From positions 32,001-96,000 of the forward strand of contig CAXBMO010000016.1 in assembly GCA_963977015.1 (NCBI GenBank): DNA of 64,000 nucleotides, given 5' to 3'. The notes under the pieces were generated by a model that did no database searches, was not told the DNA's origin, and was given only the letters and a program-made list of their open reading frames with translations. The DNA is from an uncultured bacterium. Lineage in GTDB: Bacteria > Verrucomicrobiota > Verrucomicrobiia > Verrucomicrobiales > DEV007. This document shows, one piece after another, positions 20,331 through 30,353 of this stretch (positions are counted from its first letter, which is position 1; the number at the start of each line of letters is the position of its first letter). The position numbers and the translations under genes are program-made.

Positions 20331-20583
20331 TTCGGATGATTGGCTCTTTTTGGGGGGAGGTCGTGGGGACGACCACACGAAAATCCGGTCGTCCGCACCC
20401 GTTTCACGGCAATATTTCCCGAAATCTTCCATCTCCGACCGGTTTTTTGCGGAATCTCCCCGCACGGTTGCGAAACCCCGTCCGTCCCTCCGCAAATCCC
20501 GCCTGAAAAGGCGTCGCCATCAATTTTCTCGAAAGCTCGTTCTCAGAAGTTGGCGTTCTCAAAAGACTGGTCTATGGATTGCC

Positions 20584-21636
20584 ATGACTATGAAAAATCC
20601 CGTCATTATACTCTCCGGTCTCGCCTTTTTGGCGATCGCAACCCTGGGAACTGCTCAATCCGGTCTCTGGACCGACCCGGCTGACGAAACGCTCCCCTTG
20701 GATTTCCAAATTCAGGGCGAATATGCCGGCGAAGGACTTGGTGCACAGGTCATCGCGTTGGGCGAAGGACGATTTCAGGCCGTTCTTTATACCGCCGGGC
20801 TTCCCGGCGCCGGTTGGGACCAGAAAAACCGGAGCCTGCTTGATGGCACCTTGGAAGGCGAGGTCGCCAACTTCAGGCCAGCCGAGGGCAATCGCAAATA
20901 CGTGGCCGCTTCGCCCGATGAGTTTTCCGCTTCCGCCAGTTTCCCACCGGAAGGCCACCAGCCTTACTCCGGGACCATCTCCGGCGACACGTTTTCCGGC
21001 AAGGACGCCGACGGCGCCGCCTTCCAGCTCACCAAAACGCTGCGGAAAAGCGAAACGCTGGGAGCTAAGCCGCCCGAGGGCGCGAAGGTTCTCTTCGATG
21101 GATCAAACAGCGATGCCTTCGCTGGTGGCCGCCTTGACGAGGCAACCAAACTCCTGAACACCGACGGGAAGGATATTCGGACCAAAGACAAGTTCAACAA
21201 CTACACCATGCACCTTGAATTCATGCTTCCGTTCAAGCCCGCCGCTCGCGGTCAGGGTCGGGGAAACAGCGGATTCTATCAAGTCGATCACTACGAAGTG
21301 CAGGTTCTCGACTCTTTCGGTCTCGAAGGGAAAAACAACGAGTGTGGCGGGGTTTACACCAAGGCCGAGCCGCTCGTGAACATGTGTGCTCCACCACTGA
21401 GCTGGCAAACCTACGATGTCGAATTCACCAACGCCGTGGCTGACGCCGATGGTAAGAAAATCAAGGATGCCGTGATGACGGTCCGGCACAATGGCGTCGT
21501 GATTCACGACAAGCTGGAAATCCCCGGAAAGACCGGCGGATCCCGAAATGAACCTGAGGGAACGCCCGGCGTGATCAAACTTCAGGGACACGGAAACCCG
21601 CTTCAGTATCGCAACATCTGGATCGTCGAAAAGTAA
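20584..21636 (+). CDS. DUF1080 (3-keto-disaccharide hydrolase-like) protein
   Basis: Signal peptide; LFDG, HLEF, RGNSG, YEVQVLDS, WQTYD and LQGHG...YRNIW motifs. Confidence 0.9.
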   Translation: MTMKNPVIILSGLAFLAIATLGTAQSGLWTDPADETLPLDFQIQGEYAGEGLGAQVIALGEGRFQAVLYTAGLPGAGWDQKNRSLLDGTLEGEVANFRPAEGNRKYVAASPDEFSASASFPPEGHQPYSGTISGDTFSGKDADGAAFQLTKTLRKSETLGAKPPEGAKVLFDGSNSDAFAGGRLDEATKLLNTDGKDIRTKDKFNNYTMHLEFMLPFKPAARGQGRGNSGFYQVDHYEVQVLDSFGLEGKNNECGGVYTKAEPLVNMCAPPLSWQTYDVEFTNAVADADGKKIKDAVMTVRHNGVVIHDKLEIPGKTGGSRNEPEGTPGVIKLQGHGNPLQYRNIWIVEK

Positions 21637-21675
21637 ACCCCACCCTCCCCTTTCCATTTCCAAAAACCCTCAGTC

Positions 21676-23061
21676 ATGACTAACTCCAATCGTCGGAACT
21701 TCCTCCGCAATTCCGGTCTCGCCGCCGGAGCCACCCTTGGTTTCCCCGCCATTGTGCGCGGGCAGAACCTGAACTCCAAAATCCGCGTCGCCTGCATCGG
21801 CGTTGGCGGCAAGGGAGACAGCGATACCAAGAACGCCGCCAAGGAAGGTGGCGAAATCGTGGCGCTCTGCGATGTCGACACCAAGACCCTCGACCGCATG
21901 GCAACGAACTTCCCGAAGGCCGCGAAGTTCCAGGATTTCCGCAAGATGTTCGAGAAAATGGAAAACGAGATCGATGCGGTCACGGTTTCCACGCCCGATC
22001 ACATGCACGGGTGCGCCGGCATCCTGGCGATGCAGCTCGGCAAACACGCCTACGTCCAGAAGCCGCTTACCCAGACCGTTTGGGAAGCCCGCATCATGCG
22101 TGAGCTGGCCCGCGAGAAAAAGCTCGCCACCCAAATGGGAAACCAGGGCAGCGCCGAAAACGGCCTTCGCCGCTCAGTTGAAGTCATTCACGGTGGTGTC
22201 ATCGGCAAACCGCTCGAACTCCACGTTTGGACGAACCGCCCCGTCTGGCCCCAGGGCCTCGCCCGGCCCGAAGGCTCGGATCCGGTTCCCGACAATCTCG
22301 ACTGGGATCTCTGGCTCGGCGCCGCGAAGGAACGCCCCTACAAGAAAGGCGTCTATCACTCCTTCAAATGGCGGGGTTGGAAGGACTTCGGAACCGGCGC
22401 CCTTGGCGACATGGCCTGCCACACCGTCAACATGCCGTTCCGCGCGCTCAAGCTCGGTTACCCGACCCGAATCGAGTGCGAATTCTCGTCTCGTGAGTTC
22501 CCGGAGACGTTCCCGTTGAGCTCCCGGATCCGGTTTGACTTCCCCGAGCGCGAAGGCTGGCCACCCCTCAAATTCTATTGGTATGAAGGCACCCCCAGAA
22601 AGGAATTCTGGCCAATCCGCCCTTACCCGGACCTCACCAAACACGTCGTTGCCTCCCAGGGCAAACTCCCCACGAGCGGCGCGCTCATCGTCGGCGACCA
22701 GGGCGAGCTTTATTCCGGCGACGACTACGGCCGTTCCTTCTTCCTCAAGCGCAACGACGAGGCCACCTACACCCCCGGCGATCAACACGAGGCCTGCAAA
22801 GCGATCCCCCAATCGATTCCGCGTTCGCCCGGTCACGTCAAAGAATGGTTCGACATGATGAAGGACGGAACGCCGGCTTACTCGAATTTCGAAGTCGCGG
22901 CCTACCTCACCGAAGTGATCCTCCTCGGTTGCATCGCGCAAAACATCGGCGAAGGACGCCCCATCAACTGGGACGGCCCGAACATGAAGTCGACCGACAA
23001 CGAGGAAGCGTCAAAACTGGTGAAACGCGACTACCGTCCCGGCTGGGAACCCAACGTCTAA
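21676..23061 (+). CDS. Tat-exported Gfo/Idh/MocA oxidoreductase
   Basis: NRRNFL Tat motif; IGVGGKG, STPDHMH, QKPL, QMGNQ and GDMACH. Confidence 0.92.
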   Translation: MTNSNRRNFLRNSGLAAGATLGFPAIVRGQNLNSKIRVACIGVGGKGDSDTKNAAKEGGEIVALCDVDTKTLDRMATNFPKAAKFQDFRKMFEKMENEIDAVTVSTPDHMHGCAGILAMQLGKHAYVQKPLTQTVWEARIMRELAREKKLATQMGNQGSAENGLRRSVEVIHGGVIGKPLELHVWTNRPVWPQGLARPEGSDPVPDNLDWDLWLGAAKERPYKKGVYHSFKWRGWKDFGTGALGDMACHTVNMPFRALKLGYPTRIECEFSSREFPETFPLSSRIRFDFPEREGWPPLKFYWYEGTPRKEFWPIRPYPDLTKHVVASQGKLPTSGALIVGDQGELYSGDDYGRSFFLKRNDEATYTPGDQHEACKAIPQSIPRSPGHVKEWFDMMKDGTPAYSNFEVAAYLTEVILLGCIAQNIGEGRPINWDGPNMKSTDNEEASKLVKRDYRPGWEPNV

Positions 23062-23082
23062 CCAAAACCTTCTTTCCAACTT

Positions 23083-23988
23083 ATGAAGACCTTTACCCGA
23101 CGCGATTTTCTCCGCGCGACAACCGCCGTTGCTCCTGCGCTGGCTCTCAATCCCTCCCTGTTTGCGGAAAACGCCGATTCCGCCGGCCGCTTCCAACTCG
23201 GCATTCAGGAATACACCTTCAATCGCTGGCTCAGCAGCGGAAAGCTCGACCATCTCGACTACCCGGCGCTGGCGAAAGAGAAACTCGGCATCACCCACAT
23301 CGAATACTGGAATCGTCCGTTCAACGGCAAGCACACCGACACTGCCTATGTCGGCGAACTCGCCAAACGTTCCACCGGCGAAGGGATGAAGAATGTCCTC
23401 ATCCTCGTCGATGCCAAAAACCAGCTCGACTCCGCCGATGCCGCGCAGCGAACCCGCGCGGTGGACGAGCACAAGGGTTGGGTCGACTGCGCCGCGCAGT
23501 TGGGTTGCGACGCGATTCGGGTCAACTGCCGTTCCGGCGGCACGTTTGAGGACAACCTCGATCAGATGGCCGACGGAATGGGACGGCTCTGCGATTACGC
23601 GAAACCTTCCGGCGTCAAGATCGTGATCGAGCCGCACGGTGGCAACTCGCAGAATCCGGATTGGCTCCTCGCCGCGATGGAACGTCTCAACCACCCGAAC
23701 GCGGGTCTGCTTCCCGATTTCAACAACTTCGGCAGCTTCGACCGCTACGAAGGCGTCACCAAGAGTCTCCCCCACGCCGTCGCGGTCTGCGCCAAAGCAT
23801 TCGGCTTCGGCGAAGACGGTAACGAGACCAAAACCGACTATTTTCGCATGCTCAAAATCGTCCACGACTCCGACTACTCCGGCGTCATCACGATCGAGTT
23901 CGAAGGTCACGATCTTGATCCGGTTGAGGGAACGCTCAAGACGAAGGCGCTCATCAGGAAGGCACTCGACGCGGCTGCTGAAGGTTAG
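23083..23988 (+). CDS. Tat-exported sugar phosphate isomerase/epimerase (xylose-isomerase-like TIM barrel)
   Basis: TRRDFL Tat motif; IEPHGG, LPDFNNF and IEFEG metal-binding motifs. Confidence 0.88.
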   Translation: MKTFTRRDFLRATTAVAPALALNPSLFAENADSAGRFQLGIQEYTFNRWLSSGKLDHLDYPALAKEKLGITHIEYWNRPFNGKHTDTAYVGELAKRSTGEGMKNVLILVDAKNQLDSADAAQRTRAVDEHKGWVDCAAQLGCDAIRVNCRSGGTFEDNLDQMADGMGRLCDYAKPSGVKIVIEPHGGNSQNPDWLLAAMERLNHPNAGLLPDFNNFGSFDRYEGVTKSLPHAVAVCAKAFGFGEDGNETKTDYFRMLKIVHDSDYSGVITIEFEGHDLDPVEGTLKTKALIRKALDAAAEG

Positions 23989-24602
23989 AGCTGGCCGCGA
24001 TCGAAGGATCGGAACGTGACCGAAATTCGGCGTCCTTGATAGCGGCTGCGTTTCGGAACTTCGTGCGTCCAGGTATCGTTGACCGCGTAGGGGATGATGA
24101 GGACGTCTCGGTCTCGCACCGTCAAATCGACCACCGGTTTCTTGGGTGCGGCGTAGGGCCGCATCCTGAAAATCCGCTCTTCGCCGAGCGAGATTGTGAC
24201 AATTGGTGCGCCGGCGTCGAGCTCCGGTTCGGTGTCCCGATGAGCGGCGATGTAGTGACCGAGGCTACCGTCATACCAGTTGACCAGCAACCCGTTGAGA
24301 TCGTCGTAGACGTTGGCTTTCACCCAATCCAGCATCGGCTGCAGCATCGCAGGCAGAGGCTTGGCCATGGCGGTTTGGCCGCTGAAGGCGTAGTCTCGCA
24401 AATAGCTCTGCTGCCAGCGCGGCATGTTGTGCTGTTTTCCGAACATCTTGATTTGGTGGAAGGAGTCCGGGTGCAAATCCCAAAGCGCCTCGAAATCCGG
24501 GGCAGCATCCGCCGGAAGTCGCCCCCCGAACACGACATCGCCTTCCGTCCCCAGCGGCAGGCTTTCGAAGTTTGAATCAAGGGAGGGTGGTGGGTTGGTC
24601 AT
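23985..24602 (-). CDS. alkB: AlkB-family 2-oxoglutarate/Fe(II) dioxygenase
   Basis: LVNWY, HRD (HxD), ISLG..R.F, distal H in WTHEVP, RISVTFR. Confidence 0.88.
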   Translation of the reverse strand: MTNPPPSLDSNFESLPLGTEGDVVFGGRLPADAAPDFEALWDLHPDSFHQIKMFGKQHNMPRWQQSYLRDYAFSGQTAMAKPLPAMLQPMLDWVKANVYDDLNGLLVNWYDGSLGHYIAAHRDTEPELDAGAPIVTISLGEERIFRMRPYAAPKKPVVDLTVRDRDVLIIPYAVNDTWTHEVPKRSRYQGRRISVTFRSFDRGQL

Positions 24603-24770
24603 GGCTTCGGATTTGAGTCTTTCTGATGATGATACACTACGCCCCCGGTTCGCAGCAACCCGCACGGTTCCGAGGTCCGTCCGCTTCGGTCGCGCGACAA
24701 CTCCATTTCCAGCGCCGAAAGGACCACTCGTTCCCACCCGTGTTCTACAGAACTACAAACGCCCATTCCC

Positions 24771-26036
24771 ATGAAACCCCTTTCTCTTTTCCTGTTGGCC
24801 GGCGCTCTTGTTCTGAGTTCCGCTTCCCATGCTGGTGACTGGCCAGCGTTTCGCGGCCCGAATTTCAATGGCATCTCGGAGGAAACCGGCGTGCCGACCG
24901 AGTGGGGTCCTAACCAGAATATTGTTTGGACCGTATCGCTTCCCGGTGAGAACAATGGAAGCCCGATCGTTTCCAACGGAAACGTTTTCGTGGTGAGTGC
25001 CGAGGATCGGGGAAAAACGCGCTCGCTGCATTGTTTCGACCGGACCAATGGCGAACAACGTTGGGTCAAGACGGTCAACTTTGGATCCGTAGAACCGACC
25101 CACAAAACGAATCAATATGGCGCTTCGACCCCGGCCGCCGATGGAGAGCACGTTGTGGTCTGGCATGATTCGGCAGGGCTCTTTTGCTACGATTTTTCAG
25201 GAAATCAAATCTGGAAACGCGACCTGGGCGAGTTCCGCCACATGTGGGGGTTTGGAGGTTCCCCCATCATCGTAGAGGGCCGCGTCATTCTCCATGCCGG
25301 CCCGGGCACAGAAGTCTTCCTAACCTCGATCAATCTCCGCACCGGAGAAACTCAGTGGCAAACTGAGGAACCGGTGAATGGAAATGGAGAACGAAATCCT
25401 GAAAACAAGTACATGGGATCCTGGAGCACTCCCGTTATTGCCCAGGTTGCTGGGAAACCCCTGATCATCTGCAGCTTCGCGACGAGAGTGAATGCCTACG
25501 ATCCAGCCACCGGAAACATCGTATGGAGCTGTGACGGCCTCAGCGGGAAGAAAGGCGACCTTTGCTATACCTCCCCCATTATTGCTGACGACATCTGCGT
25601 GGCGATGGGCGGATTTGGCGGTCCGGCGATGGGTTTCCGGATGCAGGGCAACGGTAACATCACCAATGAGCAGCAACTCTGGCGTAGCGAACCCAACCCA
25701 CAACGCATTGGCTCCGGCGTTTACGTTGATGGATACATTTTCGTGGCCAACGCGGGCCCCAATCTTCTCCAATGCCTTGATCCTGCCACGGGCAAAATCC
25801 TTTGGCAGGAGCGCTCTCCCGGCGGTGCCCACTGGGGATCGACGATTTACGCAGATGGCCATCTTTTTGCAACGGATCAGCAGGGAACGACCCATGTGCT
25901 GAAGCCCAACCCGGAGAAGTACGAATGGGTTCGTTCCAATCGCCTTTCCAGTCGAGGAAACTCAACCCCGGCCTTCTCCGACGGCCAGATCTTCATCCGG
26001 ACCTTCCAAAACCTCTATTGCATCGGCCAGCAATGA
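24771..26036 (+). CDS. PQQ-like beta-propeller repeat protein
   Basis: Signal peptide, DWPAFRGP, repeated SP(I/V) and G...W propeller motifs. Confidence 0.88.
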   Translation: MKPLSLFLLAGALVLSSASHAGDWPAFRGPNFNGISEETGVPTEWGPNQNIVWTVSLPGENNGSPIVSNGNVFVVSAEDRGKTRSLHCFDRTNGEQRWVKTVNFGSVEPTHKTNQYGASTPAADGEHVVVWHDSAGLFCYDFSGNQIWKRDLGEFRHMWGFGGSPIIVEGRVILHAGPGTEVFLTSINLRTGETQWQTEEPVNGNGERNPENKYMGSWSTPVIAQVAGKPLIICSFATRVNAYDPATGNIVWSCDGLSGKKGDLCYTSPIIADDICVAMGGFGGPAMGFRMQGNGNITNEQQLWRSEPNPQRIGSGVYVDGYIFVANAGPNLLQCLDPATGKILWQERSPGGAHWGSTIYADGHLFATDQQGTTHVLKPNPEKYEWVRSNRLSSRGNSTPAFSDGQIFIRTFQNLYCIGQQ

Positions 26037-26049
26037 GAGCGCTGACCGA

Positions 26050-28122
26050 TCAGATCCTGCGCAGCAACCAGAAAACGAATCCGACCCACAGGACCGCGGC
26101 GGTGGTTCTCCATTCGTAAAGCGTTGGCAACGTGCACAGATCAAAGGAAATCGCGGGCACCTTCGCAACCAGAAAACTTAATCCCCAACCGACCACACCA
26201 ATCACGAGCGGGAACGCGACAAAGTTCCGCAGAATCCCCCCTTTGCGACGATAAGCCCGTTGGGAAATCGCGATCCGGAGATATCCAACCAAGGCCAGCG
26301 CTCCAAGGAGCGGGACAAGCAACGACTTCCGTGGGGTCCACCAGGATGGGAGCTCCACCGCCTTGGGCCAGTGTTGGAGAATCAGCATCGGAACGACACC
26401 GAGCAATCCAACGACGAGAACCGCCCAAACCAGGACGTTTCCCCAGCTCAACAGCCAGACGAACGCCGGCCAGGGATGCGTGCGATTTGGCTTCACCCTC
26501 TCCGTCGGGACTGGGAGGTTGGCAAACTCGCTTTTGTCGTTCAGCAGGACAAAGTCCGCGATCGTATCCCAGAATTTCTCCACTTTCCCAGCACCGTGGG
26601 AACCCGTCGCATATTCCAGATTGAAGACCGGCCCGTCCTCCGTCGCCTGATCGAATCCATTGTGGCTCGCGCCGCCCAGGTCCTGCAAATTGTAGAGATC
26701 AAAGAATCGCGGAAACCACGCCACCACCAGATCGCTGGTCGCCGTAAGATTCAACACGTTCGACGCCTGCTTCGCCTCGATGCGCTCCATCCAATTGTAA
26801 TTCTCCCGGACGATACTACCGGCAAAGACAATATTGTGAAAACGGCAGTTCGAATAGGTCTCCAGCGCCTTGGCCAGAACATAGGTGCCGTGGCTATGCC
26901 CTATGTAGCTGAACTTCGCGTTCGGATATTTGGCTTTCGTTTCGAGGTAACGCTCCATCAACCAGCCAACCTTGCTCCAGCGGATCGCCGGAATCAGAAA
27001 CGGCCCCATTCCAAAGTAGCCGTAGCTTTCGACCACCTTTTCCATCGTTTCCTTCTCGGAGTCCTTCGCCCGCTTCCAAACGCGCCGCGCAATCTTGTCG
27101 GTCCAATGCCCTTCGTCACGGATTCCATGGATCACGAACACCACGTGCTCGACGTTCCTTCGCCGCTCCAGTTCCTTGCTGGAAATTTCCCGCAATTCCC
27201 AGGGGCGAACCTCTTCGCGCTTCAACTCTTCATCACTGTAGGTCAGTGCCTGTTTCAACTTCTCCCGACGATGCTGCTCTTCGGGACTAATTCCCCGTTT
27301 TCGTTTCGTGAGCCCCATGTGCAGGATGTTGAGGTGCCCGGTCTTGGCCACATCCAGGTAACGAAACGCCTGTCCGGTTTCAAAGTCGATGTTGTCTTCC
27401 GGGCCAACGATGTCATCGACCGAGCCCAACAACTGAACCGTGTGGGGAAGCGGCGGCGCTTCACCCTTTGCCGAACGTTGTTCCTCCTCCAGCCAATCCA
27501 ACCGCATTTGGGTGAGAAATTTCGCGCCGCGTTCTCCGGAAGACAGGGTGAATTTCACCCAGGGCAGAAAAAACTCGATCGTTTTGGCGATCAACATCCC
27601 GGTCATCATCTTGACGACGCGCATTGGCCCCATGTGCCTGTTGACGGCGAATCCGCGGTTCACCGCAGCCAACAAGACCAACCGGTCCTCACCCGAAGTC
27701 TCGCCCCAATAGCGCCGTCCGGTCGCCGTCCAGCGCTGCTTCTCCGCCTCGTCCCAATGCTCCATCCTGCGACGGATGTAGGTCAGGAGGGCGCGGACGT
27801 AGATCCCCCCCATGCTGTGACCGATGATGTGCAGGCGAGTGTAAGTTCCCCGCTCCCAAATCTGATCCAGATCGTGGGTCAGATTCGAAAGAATCTTGTC
27901 AGGAGCCACCTGGGTAAACGGTTTGCGCCACGGCGCGATCGGCGCCCAGACATCCGCATCCGGACAGGCATCGAGCGAGGCCTCAATCACCGGGTCCAGA
28001 TGCTTCCATGAATTGAGAATCCCCGGCACAATCATCACCAGGGTTTCCTTGTCGCCTTCAAGCTTCGATTGCCCCTGACGATCGATCGTCCCCGTTTTCT
28101 TCACTGGAAGTTTGAGCCTCAT
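26050..28122 (-). CDS. Membrane-anchored protein with two tandem alpha/beta-hydrolase domains
   Basis: GHSMG and GHSHG nucleophile elbows, VPGI and IHGI oxyanion strands, about 4 C-terminal TM helices. Confidence 0.75.
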   Translation of the reverse strand: MRLKLPVKKTGTIDRQGQSKLEGDKETLVMIVPGILNSWKHLDPVIEASLDACPDADVWAPIAPWRKPFTQVAPDKILSNLTHDLDQIWERGTYTRLHIIGHSMGGIYVRALLTYIRRRMEHWDEAEKQRWTATGRRYWGETSGEDRLVLLAAVNRGFAVNRHMGPMRVVKMMTGMLIAKTIEFFLPWVKFTLSSGERGAKFLTQMRLDWLEEEQRSAKGEAPPLPHTVQLLGSVDDIVGPEDNIDFETGQAFRYLDVAKTGHLNILHMGLTKRKRGISPEEQHRREKLKQALTYSDEELKREEVRPWELREISSKELERRRNVEHVVFVIHGIRDEGHWTDKIARRVWKRAKDSEKETMEKVVESYGYFGMGPFLIPAIRWSKVGWLMERYLETKAKYPNAKFSYIGHSHGTYVLAKALETYSNCRFHNIVFAGSIVRENYNWMERIEAKQASNVLNLTATSDLVVAWFPRFFDLYNLQDLGGASHNGFDQATEDGPVFNLEYATGSHGAGKVEKFWDTIADFVLLNDKSEFANLPVPTERVKPNRTHPWPAFVWLLSWGNVLVWAVLVVGLLGVVPMLILQHWPKAVELPSWWTPRKSLLVPLLGALALVGYLRIAISQRAYRRKGGILRNFVAFPLVIGVVGWGLSFLVAKVPAISFDLCTLPTLYEWRTTAAVLWVGFVFWLLRRI

Positions 28123-28205
28123 ACGCAGATTCTTATCCTCTCATTCCCACCCTAAGAAAACGAACTCCCGCGCATCAAGCAAAACCTTCACGCGTCGCGG
28201 GACGA

Positions 28206-28233
28206 TTGACCTTGCGCGATTTCGTAGTACAAT
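28206..28233 (+). promoter_or_regulatory. Putative sigma70 promoter of the toxin-antitoxin operon
   Basis: TTGACC (28206) - 16 bp - TACAAT (28228), 8 nt upstream of the GTG start. Confidence 0.6.
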
Positions 28234-28241
28234 GTTTTACC

Positions 28242-28472
28242 GTGATCAAGACCATCAAAAAAATCGGCAACTCCAAGGGCATCATCCTCGACGCTGCGCT
28301 GCTCGAACTGGCGCATCTGAAGGAGGGTGATGAGCTTTCGGTAACCGTTCATGACGGTGGGGCGCTGACGTTTACGCCGGTGCAAGCTCGGAATTTTAGC
28401 GATGAGGAATTCGATGCCGCAACGAAGAAGGCGCTCGATGACTACACCAACACTCTGAAAAAGCTCTCGTGA
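28242..28472 (+). CDS. AbrB/MazE-family antitoxin
   Basis: IKKIGNSKGIIL swapped-hairpin motif; immediately upstream of the Doc gene. Confidence 0.88.
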   Translation: MIKTIKKIGNSKGIILDAALLELAHLKEGDELSVTVHDGGALTFTPVQARNFSDEEFDAATKKALDDYTNTLKKLS

Positions 28473-28476
28473 GCAG

Positions 28477-28878
28477 ATGATGAAAGACGAGATTCGTCAC
28501 CCCACACTCGAGCAAATTCGACGACTGCACCGTGCCGTTCTCGTCCAGCACGGAGGTAGCGACGGGATTCGAGATCTGGCACTGCTGGAGAGTGCCCTCG
28601 CAGCACCTCAAGCCACGTTCGGGGGTGAACCGATCATGTCTGATTTGGTGGAGATCGCGGCGGCTTATCTCTTTTATCTTTGCCGCAATCATCCCTTCAT
28701 CGATGGCAATAAACGAGTGGGATTGGCAACGTGTATCGTTTTCTTGAGGCTAAACGGCCTCGAACCGCCCCCGGATGGGCCTCTCTGGGAGGAACTCGTC
28801 CTCGACGTTGCCGCTTCAAAGTTGGATCGGGAGACGACGACGGAGCGATTGCGGGAGTTGCTGTGCACCAAGGGATGA
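28477..28878 (+). CDS. doc: Fic/Doc (death-on-curing) toxin
   Basis: GIRD..LLESAL..P and HPFIDGNKR Doc-type motif. Confidence 0.92.
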   Translation: MMKDEIRHPTLEQIRRLHRAVLVQHGGSDGIRDLALLESALAAPQATFGGEPIMSDLVEIAAAYLFYLCRNHPFIDGNKRVGLATCIVFLRLNGLEPPPDGPLWEELVLDVAASKLDRETTTERLRELLCTKG

Positions 28879-28900
28879 AGGCGGAGGGATGAAGGATGAA
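28873..28900. repeat. Heptamer tandem repeat GGATGAA (x3 plus one degenerate unit)
   Basis: ggatgaa-ggcggag-ggatgaa-ggatgaa between convergent stop codons. Confidence 0.7.
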
Positions 28901-28901
28901 G

Positions 28902-29644
28902 TTACTTCGGCCCTGGCGCGAACCTCCGTCGATATTCCAGGGGCGTGATTCCCATCTCGACGCGGAAGGCTTTGGTGAAGTGGCTTTGGTCGTAGAATCC
29001 ACATTCGAGGGCGACGGAGCCGACAGGTTCGTTCGATTCCTCCAGACGGCGGCGGGCCATGAGGAGGCGCACTTTGCCAACGTAGTCGCTCGGGCTCATG
29101 TCGAAAAGGCGCCGGAATTCGCGCTGCAACTGACTAACGGATAAGTTCGACATTTTGGCGAGATCATCGATTGCGATGCGGTGCCCGAACTCGCGATGCA
29201 CGAATTCCATGACCGGCGTCAGGCGATTGTAGTCACCCGGAGCGAGACCCCGGCGTGTTCGTAAGGCCGCATCACGCCGCAAAGTCCGGCTACGTCATGG
29301 TTACGATCAAAGAGCGGAATCTTCGTGGAGAGAAACCAACGGGGAAGCCCGTCGAAACCGAGAACGAGCCAAACCTGATCCGGCAAGGGTTCACCTGACT
29401 TCATGACCCGGCGATCCTCATCGACGTATTGTGAGGCCAAGGCCGGAGGATGAAAGTCGAAGTCCGTTTTGCCAACCACCTCGCATTCGTCCTGAAACCC
29501 ATGCAGAATGAGAAAACCTTGGTTCACTTTCACGAACCGGCTCTCCGCATCCTTGATGAACAAGTAAACCCGCGGCAAATAATCGAACAGCGCCGCGATC
29601 TGTTCGGGAGAATCCAGGTTCTGAAAAAAGCTTGCCGGGCTCAT
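28902..29644 (-). pseudogene. PAS-domain AraC transcriptional regulator, frameshifted near 29250
   Basis: PAS half (FIKD..SRF, GKTDFDFHP, STKIPL) lies in the 29219-30511 frame. The AraC HTH (CGFYDQSHFTKAF, GITPLEYR) lies in the 28902-29282 frame. The switch is at or near a C4 run at 29248-29251. Confidence 0.85.
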
Positions 29645-29769
29645 GGGCACACCAAATTTTCGGGTATCGCCTCGGTCTCGCGAATCTTTTTTGTGACCAA
29701 TTTCATCCTTGGTGAAGTCCGGGGCCTTCCAGTTGCCAACAATGTAGTCAAGGCTCGGCCCCTGAGCCC

Positions 29770-30320
29770 CGTCGTTCCCTGCGAAATGTCCCCAACCAAA
29801 CGCGGAAGATTCCCGGAAGTAAAACTCGGCATCGTCAAAGTAATTGCCAACCAGATTATAGCGCGCGGGAGCAGCCATGTAGGACCAGTCATCATCCCAT
29901 TTGTAGAAGTCGGCGTTGTAGGCTGGCGCGTTTCCACTTTGGGAGATGAAATTGAAGCGAATATCGAAAATCGGACCGGCGGGCGTCCCCGGATCCGGAA
30001 TACCCGTTTGAGTAATCGATAGATAGGAACCGGAGGAACCGACCCGCGGTGTCCAGCCATTGTTGTGATTGTGCCACACGTTGTGGTGGAAGCTGTGACG
30101 GGAGCGCACCTGCGCGGTTTCGAGACGCCCGCGAAGGGGCGTCCCGATGGCGTGGTCGAACGGTTTGCTAACCTTCCCATTTTTTGGTGGGGGATTGGGC
30201 CCTATTCCGACGCTGTCGGCAATCAGGCTCCATTGTACGGTGACTCGGCCGGATTCGTTGATCGAGAGGGTTTCGTCCGTGGCCCAGGACGCCGAAATGT
30301 GGTCGAGGATGACATAAAAA
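29770..30320 (-). pseudogene. Internal fragment of a PL1-type pectate lyase (beta-helix)
   Basis: VILDHISASWATDE, VTVQWSLI, FHHNVW, TPR, FDIRFN and YNLVGNYF motifs; no start or signal peptide. Confidence 0.7.
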
Positions 30321-30353
30321 AGGCCCGTCCCCAATAACCATTCGGTTGTCTCT

